From Phaeosaccion multiseriatum (Eukaryota > Protista > Ochrophyta, other classes): a stretch of 64,000 nt of DNA. Within the stretch, counting starts at the first letter, position 1. Every line of letters begins with the position of its first letter. Where the stretch lies: positions 1,364,001 to 1,428,000 of the forward strand of contig OZ218955.1 of the NCBI GenBank assembly GCA_965112735.1, written 5' to 3'. The notes beneath the pieces were generated by a model that searched no databases, had not been told where the DNA came from, and was given only the letters and a program-made list of their open reading frames with translations. Below, piece after piece: positions 53,170 to 64,000 of this stretch. Both the position numbers and the translations under genes were made by a program.

Positions 53170-56100
53170 ATGCGTTCGTCTCTTCTGCTGTCCACCGCTG
53201 CGTCCATTGCGCTTCTGCAGCAGCCGGTCGTCCGCGCTTTCTTCTCCTCTCCCTCCGCGCCTGCCACCCGGGCCGCCTCTGGCGCTTGCGGAGGGTCCAC
53301 GAGTCGGTGCCTCAGCACCGCTCGAAGTAGTGGATCGTCATGTTCTACTCTGCAGCAGCAGCACGGGGCCGGTGGCAGGAGGGCAAGCCCTACCTCTCCC
53401 TTCTCTTGCACTCGCCCCGTCCGGCGATCGGGTGGCCTGCGCATGACAGACGAGCCAGAGGACAACACGAGCAACATTGCCGCCTGGCGAGAGGCTCTGT
53501 CTGACATCAAGGCCTCAAAACCGAGGGTGAGTCTGTCCAAAGAACGACACGGAGGTCTCGCATATCCTGATGTGTGTGATCCATCCTCCTATGCTTTCTT
53601 TCCCCCTCCTTGTCCCTCCTCTTCCTACCTCAAAACTTCTGCTGACTCACTTTCGGGCTCCCTCCACTCTTGCTCACATACCCGACCGCCTCCCTCCCAC
53701 AACCTCGCCTACATCCCTTCCATGCCTCGCATCACCCCACGACCCCGCAACATCACACAGGTGAGACAAATGAAGCAGGAGCTCGATGAGCTCGGAGTGG
53801 ACTACAAAGACTTGCTTGAAGTGAAAGACTTTTACGAGAGACTTGCCAGCGCCAGATCAGATCCGGAGCGCACCAGGGCCACGTTTGGATCGGGAACTTT
53901 CCGTACACGGGACGAGGTCAAGTCAGGCTACAAGGTGGACAGGGTGAATGACGCGGCCGCCAGGGAGGGGACAGCGAGCACCGTTGGCGGGGAGGAGGGG
54001 GAGGAGGTGAAGAAGCCCAAGCGTCCTCGCCGCACCAAGCCCCCACCACCGCCAGATGAGCCTGTTACCTTCACCGCGGTGGGAGCAGATGGAGCAGAAG
54101 CTGGAGGAGGAGCAAGGTCAGGAGGAGGAGGAGGGGGAGGAGGAGGAGCAGCAGCAGGAGGAGGCGCGGGAGGAGGGGGCGGGGGAGGAGGGGACTGGTC
54201 TGCGCAGAAGCTTGAGGAGGAAACAGAGAAGGTCAAGGCGATGCGCATCAAGGAGATCAAGGTGGAGCTTGCCGAGAGGGGCGTGCGCTACGCATCCTTC
54301 CTGGAGAAGCCGGAGTTTGTGGCGGCATTGGTGGACGCCCGACGGTACAACAAGCAAAAGCCCGTCACGCCCCCGCAGGCGGAGTCGTCGAGCAGCAGCA
54401 GCAGCAGCAGCAGCAGTCAGGTGAGAGAAAGAGGACTATAAGCAATCTCTATAAGCAATCGAATGTTGATGTTGAAGAAGGTGAAAGAAGGGCATCTATA
54501 CGGGATGAATACAAAGTGTGTGAATGAAAGGGGGTGATGCAGCGGCAGTCGAGGCGGCGTCATAGGCCCCGCACTTTAGGAAGAAGAAAGTGGGAGGAGG
54601 TTGTACTACACCTGTCTCACGCTGTAGGCCTTCCTTCCTTTAGAAGACCTTCCTTTACAAGAAGGAGGAGTGTCAGTCTCACATAGTCTCACTCCGTAGG
54701 CCTTGCTTCCTTTAGAAGACCTTCCTTTACAAGAAGGAGGAGTGTCAGTCTCACATAGTCTCACTCCGTAGTCCTTCCTTCCTTTAGAAGACCTTCCTTT
54801 ACAAGAAGGAGGAGTGTCAGTCTCACATAGTCTCACTCCGTAGTCCTTCCTTCCTTTAGAAGACCTTCCTTTACAAGAAGGAGGAGTGTCAGTCTCACAT
54901 AGTCTCACTCCGTAGTCCTTCCTTCCTTTAGAAGACCTTCCTTTACAAGAAGGAGGAGTGTCAGTCTCACATAGTCTCACTCCGTAGTCCTTCCTTCCTT
55001 TAGAAGACCTTCTTCCTTTACAAGAAGGAGGAGTGTCAGTCTTTGTATCTTATCTTGCTCATTCACACCGGTCGTTTCTTACCTTTGCTTGTGCCCTTTG
55101 TCCCCCCTCGCAGTCGTGATTTATCTTCTCTCTTATTATTATCCGCCCCCAATCTCACGCGTCCTCTCTCTCTCTCTCATCTCCCCTCCCTCACCCCTAC
55201 CGATCAATCATGTATGAATGCATGCACCACACCTTCCTTGTCTATGTCGACATTCAAACTATTTACAGGATGACGACGAGTGGGATCCCGAGTACAGAGA
55301 CGTGGAGGTGAAGCGCATGCCCAAGGAAGGGGTGAGTGAGCAGTGAGGCAGTGAGGCAGTGAGGCAGTGAGGCAGTGAGGCAGTGAGGCAGTGAGGCAGT
55401 GAGGCAGTGAGGCAGTGAGGCAGTGAGGAGATGTTGAGTAGGAAGGCCGTGAGGACGTGTCTTGAGTAGTAAGGCAGTGAGTGCGGAGAGAGGAGTTTTG
55501 TCTCGTTTGGTAAGGAAGGGGTGAAGGTAAGGCCCCGAGGCCTTGCTTGGAGCGGGAAGGAGCGGCAGTGACGACTTTGATCTTGAGTAGTAAGGCAGTG
55601 AGGTCTTTGTCTTGAGAAGTAAAAGTACTTCGTAGTAGGCCCAATATTCATGGTGTTGTGTTGAGAAGTGAAGCGGGGAGGAGAGTTATCTTTTTCTAGT
55701 ATTTGCTACGCACGGGGCTTTCAGTTTTCAGTTTTTCAGTTGAGGTGAAATGATAAATGGTATCGAAGCTTGTTTGCTGTGCAAGGGGTGGCTGAGTAGT
55801 AAGGCAGTGAGGAAGACGTGTGTCTTGTCTGTCTGTGATGGATAAGGAGCGAGTACGGAGTACCGGACTTGCCTTGTGTGGTGTGGTAAGGAAGAGGGTG
55901 AGTGACAAGTGCAGAGGGCCAGGTAGGTTTGGCTTGTATTTGCTCCCCTCTCCCTCCCCCCCCCCGGCACACAGCACACAAGACGCGCGCAGACACACAC
56001 ACACAGAGAGAGAGAGACGCACCTACCACACACGCAAACACACACACACACACACTCACCCCTGTTCTCCCTCTTTTATGTGTCGGTTTGTTGTGTGACA

Positions 56101-56220
56101 CCACAACAGGGAAGACAACCAAATCAGGGGCAGGGGCAGCCGGCAGGAGGCTTTGGCGGTTTCGGGGGGATGGGAGGCATCAACCTCGAGGACATCCTTG
56201 GCGGAATGGGCGGACGATAA
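53170..56220 (+). CDS. Putative plastid-targeted protein with two SAP/ARMET-C-like domains and a G/F/M-rich tail (paralogue B)
   Basis: Exons 53170-53526, 53761-54420, 55269-55331, 56110-56220. VRA-FFSS presequence; VRQMKQELDELGVDYKDLLE; MRIKEIKVELAERGVRYASFLEKPEFV; tail GGFGGFGGMGGINLEDILGGMGGR*. Confidence 0.78.
54627..55042. repeat. Intronic 69 bp minisatellite, ~6 near-identical copies
   Basis: Unit CCTTCCTTCCTTTAGAAGACCTTCCTTTACAAGAAGGAGGAGTGTCAGTCTCACATAGTCTCACTCCGTAG. Confidence 0.95.
55340..55428. repeat. (GCAGTGAG)n octamer array next to a donor site
   Basis: Directly visible. Confidence 0.9.
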
Positions 56221-57496
56221 GTAGGGAGAGTAGGGTAGACTTTAATGACTTACAGGAATCAACCTAAGAATGAGGGTAGGGTAGTTAGGGTTGGCATGGA
56301 TGGCAGGGATATGGGTAAGGGTGGGTGGGTGGGTGGGTGGGTGGTGGGTACGTGGGTACGTGGGTACGTGGGTTCGTGCCCACGCGCAAGAGCCGGTGTA
56401 AGCTGCAAAGCGCACGCGCACACGCACCCACACACGGCACGATACCAGAGAACGCATATGCTTGGGATTCCTCTGGGCCCAGAGGAGGAGGAGGAGGAGG
56501 AGGAGGAGGAGGAGGAGGAGGAGGAGGAGAGCAGGAGGAGGAGGGGAAGGAGGAGAAGGATTAGGGTATAATGGGCGGGATGGGAGAGAGAAGAGAAAGG
56601 GGCCAAAGGAAACGAATCGGGGGCGGTAGGGGAAGGAAAAGAGGAAGGCGAAAAGGGGGGAGGGAGGGGGGGAGAGGGATGGCGGGTTGAGTACCAGCCA
56701 GAATAGATACAGGACATGCCACCTTTCTCGTCGCTGTGTTTCCCTTTCAATCATATTATAGTAGTCAGAGTTTTAAAAACAAAAATTAAATCGTTTTACT
56801 TCAATCAAAGTGCGCGAATGCGAGCACTACCAGTGCATGTGTAATCAAGAGAGGCCCATGGAGTGCCATCTATTCCAAGACGGTGACGAAGTGCTGTGAT
56901 CATTTGGACGACGAGGTATGGCTCGTTCAATGTTGACTCTTCGTGGAGCTGCTGTCCGTTCGTTGCCATCCGTCCTTCAGTCGTGAAACAAAAGACAGAT
57001 GGCACTCCACGGACCTATGGGACCCATGCCTGCCACACTGTCTCTTGCACGTCCTCCCTCCTTCGATAGCCTTGAGACAGACAGACGCATTTGATACTGA
57101 TGACAGAGCTGGACGGCAAACTTGTGCGCGAAAAGCGGCCGGTTTTTTCTCGCGCTAGTGAGTCAAGTGAAATCGGGCGAAGGGCGATAGCGCACTTGAT
57201 GGCCGCCAAGCTGAGTGTGTGAGGTACGCGTGACGAGAATTCCATCACTGTTCGTCGACAGCTGTCATGCACGCCCTACCCCCCCCCCTCTGCCTTTCTC
57301 CCTCTTTGCTCCCTCTCTTGCATCTCTCTGGTCTCTTTCGTCTATCCATTTCCCTTTCTCCCTCTCTACCTCTCCCTCTTTCTCTCTCTCTATCTCTTCC
57401 TCTCTTTCTATCTCTCCTTCGGCCATAGTATTGGACAGAGCTCAAAATGTACTCACGCGCACGCACACACACAACAGGAGTAGACTTCGCAACCAC

Positions 57497-57498
57497 TC

Positions 57499-57533
<35 letters not shown>

Positions 57534-60500
57534 GGGGCTCCCTCCGCACCGCCCCCCCACCAGATGTTGGCTCCGTACTCGCGGCCAAAGCGGAGGAACG
57601 TTTCTCTCCGGATCACTCCCTTCTCTCCCCCTGCCCTCTCCAGTACCTTGAAGCTCGTGGAGAGGGCCTCAAAGGGAACATTTCGATGGCCGCTTCGGAT
57701 TTCACAAAGGTCCTGCAACCAACAAGCAAGCAAGAAGTAAGTGGTAGAGCAGCAAGCAAAAGGGAGGGAGGGAGGGAGGGAGGGAGGGAGGTAGGGAGTG
57801 AGCGAGTAGCGAAAGTGCGTTGATTGAGTTGACTGAGCTGCGTGAGTGCGTGAGTGCGTTCGTGCGTGCGTGCGTGCGTGGCGAAGCAAGGGAGCCGAGC
57901 GAGTGAGAACTTGAAAGCGAAGGCAAAAGACGGCAACGAAAGAGGTAGAGGGGGGTTTGGCACAGCTTTCGAGAAGAAGGAAGGGAGGCTTCACGCCTCC
58001 CTTCTACCGCCCCCACCACCTCGTGCCTCTACTCCCTCCTCACTCCTTCTGCAACCATACGCCTCTACTCTTCTCTCACGCACCATCATGAGCTCGTGCA
58101 GCTCCTCCTCCTGCAGGCTCTCGTCGTTGTTGATGTCGTATCTGGTCAGTCAGTCAGTCAGTCAGTCAGTCAGTCAGTCAGTCGGTCAGTCAGTCAGTCA
58201 GAGCAGCATGGACTTGCGAGGCACAGAAGTAAGTACATCGATTTATACATTGATTGGTAAACTGTCCTGACACCCCCCTTCCCTGTCCTGACACCCGCCA
58301 CCAACCTGGCAAACACCTCCTCGAGCTGCTCATCCGACAGCGCCTGTCCGTCGAACTGCACCAAGAACTCCGCGCCAGAGGGGCGCCACGTGCTTGTGAG
58401 GTACTCCTGGCCCTGAGGGAGGGAGGGATGGAGGGGGGGGGGGGGGGGCGAGCGTGCGTGTGAGAGCGAAGGGGAAGAGAGAGAGAGATGGTGTGTGTGA
58501 GAGAGAGGACAAGAGGGAGTGTGTGTGAGAGAGAGAGAGGATAGAGGGAGTTTTCTGAGAGAAGAGAGTGAGAGAGTGAAAGGCGAGGGAATGTCCATCA
58601 TGTTCCCTACCTGCATCTCCACGAGCCTGCTTGCGGTCCTATCGAAGGCAAATACCTCATCTGGCAGCGTGCTGATACCCCCCTGGGCATCAGCCCCCCC
58701 CTCCCGGCCCTCCACGTCCAGCAGGTCCGTCGGCTCCGCTTCGGCAAGACAAATGAGCTTCACACGCCGCTCGTAAAGGACATCCACCAAGGTGATGAAG
58801 CGCCGCATCTGAGGGGAGGTGAAAAGGGAGAAGTGAGGGCCTTGGCAGGGACAGACGCACACACACACACACACACACACACAACACACACACACACTGC
58901 CAGACACACACACCTGATTGATGTCTTGAAGCTCGAAGACGGGAATATGCTCCACAAACACCGTGTGAAACGCCAAACTGATGGCCGAGTAGTCCTCTGC
59001 ACCGAGGGCCCTTCCGCAGAGACCGAGGAAGCTGAAGCGGGCCACACGAGAGCCCACACACACGTGAGGGATGGGTACCTTTCTGTTGTTGTTGGGTTGT
59101 TGCGGGGTTGTTGATGGGTTGTTGTGGGGTTGTTGTGGGGTTGTTGTTGGGTTGTTGTGGGGTTGTTGTGGGGGAATGGAGGGGGGAGGGAGGGAGGGCG
59201 GGGAGAGCGAAGCCATGAGAAGGTGAAGGGTGGAGCTGGCGAGGGTCGAGGGGTGATGCCAGCACATAACATAGACAAGCCGCCCTCCCCTCCTTCCTTC
59301 CTTCCCTCCCTCCCCTCCCCTGCCTCCCTCCCTCCCTCCCTCCCTCCCTCCCTCCCTCCCTCCCTCCCTCCCTCCCTCCCTCCCTCCCTCCATCATCCTC
59401 TCACCTTCCCTGCACGTGCAAAGTCACCGGCTGCACCTTGCCCCCCTTGGTCATTTTGTTCCACACGTTTTCGAACTGTTCCTGGGGAATGCCGTGGTTC
59501 GGACAGCAGTACACCTGTTCGCCGGGTGGAGGGTGGAGAGGTGGATGGGACAAGGTCAGGGCAGCGTTATAGAGGTATATGGACAGGGGATGACACAAAA
59601 ACACGCACACACACGCATACATACTCGTCCTTCTCCTCTTGCTACCACCACTAGTACTCATAGTCTCTACACTCAAACTTTCCTCCTCCTCCTCCTCCTC
59701 CTCCTCCTCCTCCTCCTCCTCCTCCTCCTCCTCCTCTTCGCTCCCCACCTCGTCTACGGCGTTTGCCCCCCTGATCAGTCGATAGTCAGTAGGGCTCTCA
59801 TCCAGGCTGTGTACCCGGCACCTGTCCTGCAGCTCTGCGATGAAGGGCAAGAAGAGCTCTCTCTGTAGGCCGTTGTGATAAAGGTGCTCGGGGGGTCGGT
59901 TGGATGTCGCAATCACCACCACTCCGCGCTAGCGAAGGAGGGAGGGAGGGGAGGGAGGGAGGGAGGGAGCAGAGGGAGAGGAGGGAGCAGAGGGAGTGAG
60001 GGAGGGCAGAGAGTATGTTCAGGGCAAGGGAACGGGAAGGGTAGACATACACGGGAAGAGTGGAGGTGCATGGGCAGGGCAGGGTTGGAGGAATATGGGC
60101 AGGGCAGGGTAGAGTGATGTGAGACTGACTCACCCGCCAGAGCTTGTGGAAGAGCTGCTGCAGGATCATGGCATCTGCGATGTCTGTCACTTGGAACTCA
60201 TCGAAGCACAGCAGCCACCCCTGCTCTAGCAGTCCTGACACCACGTCGTCCAGCAGTTCGTCACCTTCCACGCCGCGCTGGCGACCGCTATGTGTGTCAA
60301 TGAGAGGGAGGGAGGGAGGGAGTGAGGGAGAGAGGGATGGAGGGGAGACGCCCAAGGAAAGATGTTAAAGGGAGAAGGGGGAGGGACGGAGGGAGAGGGA
60401 GAGAATGAACTTCTGTGGGTACTCCCTTCCTCTCTCTCCTTCCCTGTGACCCTCTCTGTCTCCCACTCTCTCTCTCTCTCTCTCGTACACCTCGACTCCC

Positions 60501-61534
60501 TCCCTCCTCACTCACTTGTGAATCCTCCTATGCACATCTAGCATGAAGTCAAGGAAGTGCACTCTGGTCTTTTCGGTGGTGTGGATGGTGTCATAGAACA
60601 GGTCCATCATAAACGTCTTGCCCGTGCCCACCCCCCCGTGCATGTAGAGCCCTAGAGGGAAGCCGCTCTGTGGGCAGGAGGAGGACAAGGACAATAACAA
60701 TGACAGCAAGAAGAAGCAACAGGGGGAAGCGAGATGAGAGAGAGGGGGAGGGCTAGAGAGAGAGAGAGAGGGGTACACGGAGAGGGAGGTAGAGAGTGTT
60801 TGTGTGATGTTCACTGCCTCAGAAGACGAAAGCCGCCCTATTCAGCACCCTATAGGGAATACTATCCCCTTGGTTACCTTTGCTTGTCCTCCACCCCGCT
60901 CCTCGTCCTCAGCTGCAGCATTGCCCTTGCCAAACAAGCCTCTCAAAGCAGCTCCTAACCCCCCCCTAGAGCTCTCTGCTGCTCCCTGCGCTAATGGGAG
61001 CGGAGAGTAGCCCTCTAGCTCCCCTTGCATCTCCTGCAGCAGCGCGAGAGTCTTGAGCTGGTAAGGGTCCTCCTGCAGCTGCCCCTTGCCCACCATGGCC
61101 TTGTACGTGTCTAGGCATCCGGCTTGTGGGGGCGATGTAGGCGCTGCTGCCGCAGATGATGGAGGCAAGTTCCTCCTTCCCTCCTCCTCCATATGGTGGG
61201 GGTGGTACGACGGCGTCGCTGAAGATACAAAAGACAAGGCTCGCTTGTACGATCGTCCTCCTCCTCCCCCCCCTCTCGTTGCTGCTGCTACTATTCCATT
61301 CCCCTCACCTCGTTCCCCAAGAGCTCTCTTGCCGGCCAAAGCCGTCGTGCTCATAGTTCGAGCCCCCCCTCGCCATGTCCGCACATCACCCCCAGCACAC
61401 TCATGGCACGGAGCCTCGGTACGAGATGAAGGCGCCCGAAAAAGTCCTTCTACTGCCGCTGCTCCTCGTCTGCTGGGTCTGCCTCTCCTGATCGCTTCTC
61501 TGCAACACCTCTGCACCACGCACGACGACGCCAT
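57497..61534 (-). CDS. AFG1: AFG1/LACE1/ZapE-family mitochondrial ATPase with C-terminal EF-hand
   Basis: About 10 exons. [80 protein letters not shown], followed by [17 protein letters not shown]. Confidence 0.93.
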
Positions 61535-61666
61535 TAAGCCAGCCCTGTACCTCAGCACTAAGGGGGAAGGGACTGAAAGCCTTTAAAGCCTTTCCCTTCT
61601 CTTTTCACTTGCTTCAAGTGGCCCTCTGGCCTGTGTACCTCCAAATTAGATTCCAGGGGTGGAAAT

Positions 61667-61740
61667 ACCCCCTGATACACTACAACCTTCGACAACTATT
61701 TCGCTATCGAGAATGTGGGCGATAGTGTAACAGGGGTTGA
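61667..61740. mobile_element. Short relative of the 45834 TIR element
   Basis: CGCTATCGAGAATGTGGGCGATAGTGTAACAGGGGTTGA is the reverse complement of 45834-45872 with 1 mismatch; local inverted repeats CCCCTGATACACTA / TAGTGTAACAGGGG. Confidence 0.6.
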
Positions 61741-61858
61741 ATCTCAGACCCGTTCTCTTAATATTTAAAGCAGATGGCCCCAAAGACGAGAAAAAAGGCC
61801 CCCGATTCTTGTCTTGTCTAAAGTTGGTCATATTACATCGCGATCAATCAAATGATGA

Positions 61859-62480
61859 TCACGGCTGCTCCTCCTTCGCCTCCCCCTCCCCCTCCCCCTC
61901 CCCCTCACCCTCAACATCCCCCCCCTCCCCCTCCCCCTCGACCTCCACCGCGACCCCCCCTCCCTGCGCCGCCTGTCCTGCCATGGCCGCCTTCATCCAA
62001 TCCGGCATATCCTCCTCCTCCTCCTTCTCCTCCTCTACAGGCGGCAACACCGTCTCAAACGACCGCCCCACAGGCAACACCCCGGACGCCTGTTCAAACG
62101 CTCTTGCCACCTTCAACACAAGCCCCTCCCCCATACTCGGTCCTATAATCTGTAGCCCAATCGGCAAGCCACTCATCGCCTCGATCCCACAGGGCAGGGA
62201 CAGTGCCGGCAGTCCGGCAAGGCTGGCAGGCACGGTAAACATGTCATCCCGGTAAGCAGACACCCCCCTACGCTCTGCCTCCCCCAGAGGGTAGGCGGTG
62301 GTCGGGGTCGTGGCGCACACAAACACATCTGCCGTCTCAAAGGCCGCCGCAAAGTCCTCCCGCAGCCCTTCCCGGATCACCTGTGGGAGTGTGTGCGCGT
62401 GTGCGTGTGTGCGTGCGTGTGCGTGTGTGTGTGTGGTCGTGTGTGCGTGCATACGGGCGGTCAGCAGAAGCAACGAACGA

Positions 62481-62522
<42 letters not shown>

Positions 62523-64000
62523 AACGAAGGCATATGTTTGCCCGACCCTCCCCTACCATGATTAAGAGAGACGCGAGAGAGCCAGGAATACAAGTAGAGA
62601 GGTTCAACGACGGTTCAGACTGTCACTTGGTATGACCAAAGCCCCTCGCTCTTCAGGAGCTCCATCACCAGAAAGACGTGGTTAGCCTCGTACATATCCA
62701 TCCCATCCTCGCGCCCACGCACTCACCTGAGCCTTGTTGTAGTAGGCGTCTGAGTAGCCCGCCGACAGACTAAAGGTGCCGAGAATGATGCGCTGCTTCA
62801 CCTCATCCCCAAAGCCTCCACCACCCCCTGCCTCATCGCCAGCTGCATCGCCTCCTGCAGCTGCATGGGCTGCTTTCCCTTTACCCTTCCCCCTGCTCTG
62901 CAGCATCACCTCTCTGGAACTTTCGGCCTCCTTGCTGCGGTAGCCATAGCGGATGCCGTCGAAGCGGGCCAGGTTCGCACTGGCCTCGCTCAGCACATTG
63001 ACATAGTAAGCGGCACACTGCTGCTCCAGCAAGGGCAGGCTGACCTCGACAATCTCGGCCCCGAGAGCGGTAAATTGGTTCACCGCCCTCTGCACGGCCG
63101 CCCCGATATGAGACTCCACCTTGTCCCCCCCCAACGCCTCCTTGATAACTCCGACTCTCACCCCGACGAGAGGAGGCTGCGGCTCAAGCCCCTCCCACTC
63201 CGTCTCGAGGTCGAGAGCAATGTCGAGGTCGGCCACATAAGGGGGCACAGGGGAGGGGGAGCACGTGGCATCTCCTCCTCCGCTTTCCATGCCAACACCA
63301 CCTCCATCGCTGCCTGCAATCACCTGCAGCAGCAGCGCGGCGTCGGTCACTGTGGAGGCGATGGGTCCAACGCAGTCGGTGGACGAAGCGTAGGCGATGA
63401 GCCCCTTCCTACTCACTCTGCCGTACGTGGGTTTGAACCCCACCACCCCACACCAGGCCGCCGGTTGCCGCACGGATCCGCCCGTGTCTGTCCCCAGCGC
63501 CCCCAACACCATCCCAGCCGCCACCACGGCCGCCGAGCCCCCGCTCGAGCCCCCCGGCACGAACTTTTTGTTCCGTGGGTTCTTCGTTTGCTTGAACGCC
63601 GAGGTCTCCGTTGTGCACCCCATCGCGTACTCATCCATGTTCGCCTTGCCGATGATGATGGCCCCGGCCTCCTTCAGTTTACGCACCACCGTGGCGTCGT
63701 AGGTAGGCACGTAGCCCTCTAGGATCCTAGAAGCCGCGGTGGTGGGCACGCCCTTTGTGCAGAGGTTGTCCTTGACGGCAATGGGCACGCCCAACAGCTT
63801 CATGGTCTTGATATGCGCGTCGCCGCTGGCAACGAGGGCGTCTATCTTCTTGGCCTCGGCGATGGCCTGCTCTCCCTGCACGCTGATGAATCCCTCCACT
63901 CCGTCTGCGCCCTGGTCGAGGGCCTCGATCTGGGCCAGCGCCTCGCGCACCAGTGCCTCAGACGACATGGCGCCACTTCGAACTGCGGCTGCAGCGTCTC
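61859..64000 (-). CDS. gatA: Glutamyl-tRNA(Gln) amidotransferase subunit A (5' end outside the window)
   Basis: AVKDN, GKANMDEYAMG, PGGSSGGSAA, GTDTGGSVRQPA, NLARFDGIRYG, GFGDEVKQRIILGTFSLSAGY..AYY. Intron 62726-62381; last exon FTVPASLAGLPA..GLPIGLQ. Confidence 0.95.

Noticed and set aside
54606-55042. Possible CRISPR array or repeat-protein ORF
   Set aside because: The units are contiguous with no unique spacers, the context is a eukaryotic intron, and there are no cas genes.
62865-63722. Antisense ORFs over gatA (and similar ones over the ankyrin gene and PDE)
   Set aside because: Shadow ORFs caused by GC-rich codon usage on the real coding strand.

Overview
Eukaryotic, GC-rich, intron-rich and extremely microsatellite-dense genomic DNA. 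It is probably a stramenopile/ochrophyte-type alga, inferred from signal peptide + A-F-type bipartite plastid presequences. Most ORFs in the supplied track are repeat artefacts. By joining GT-AG exons by hand I can support about 15 spliced genes: ankyrin-repeat protein, membrane-anchored class I cyclic nucleotide phosphodiesterase, SnoaL/NTF2-like protein, PRA1, COX7c-like and COX5b subunits, two large low-complexity hypothetical proteins, myristoylated PP2C, D-2-hydroxyacid dehydrogenase, GOLD/coiled-coil protein, a head-to-head pair of plastid-targeted SAP/ARMET-C-like paralogues, AFG1/ZapE ATPase with a C-terminal EF-hand, and GatA. The most unusual signals are: (i) a dispersed motif CAG-TTGGTGATA-CAG embedded in CAG tracts in coding and non-coding DNA; (ii) two ~1.2 kb direct repeats flanking the ankyrin gene that look like decayed PIF1-helicase sequence; (iii) intronic tandem duplications of exon end plus 5' splice site; (iv) introns with complementary G-rich and C-rich ends; (v) a small TIR element family. 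Exon coordinates were derived by eye and no database searches were run.
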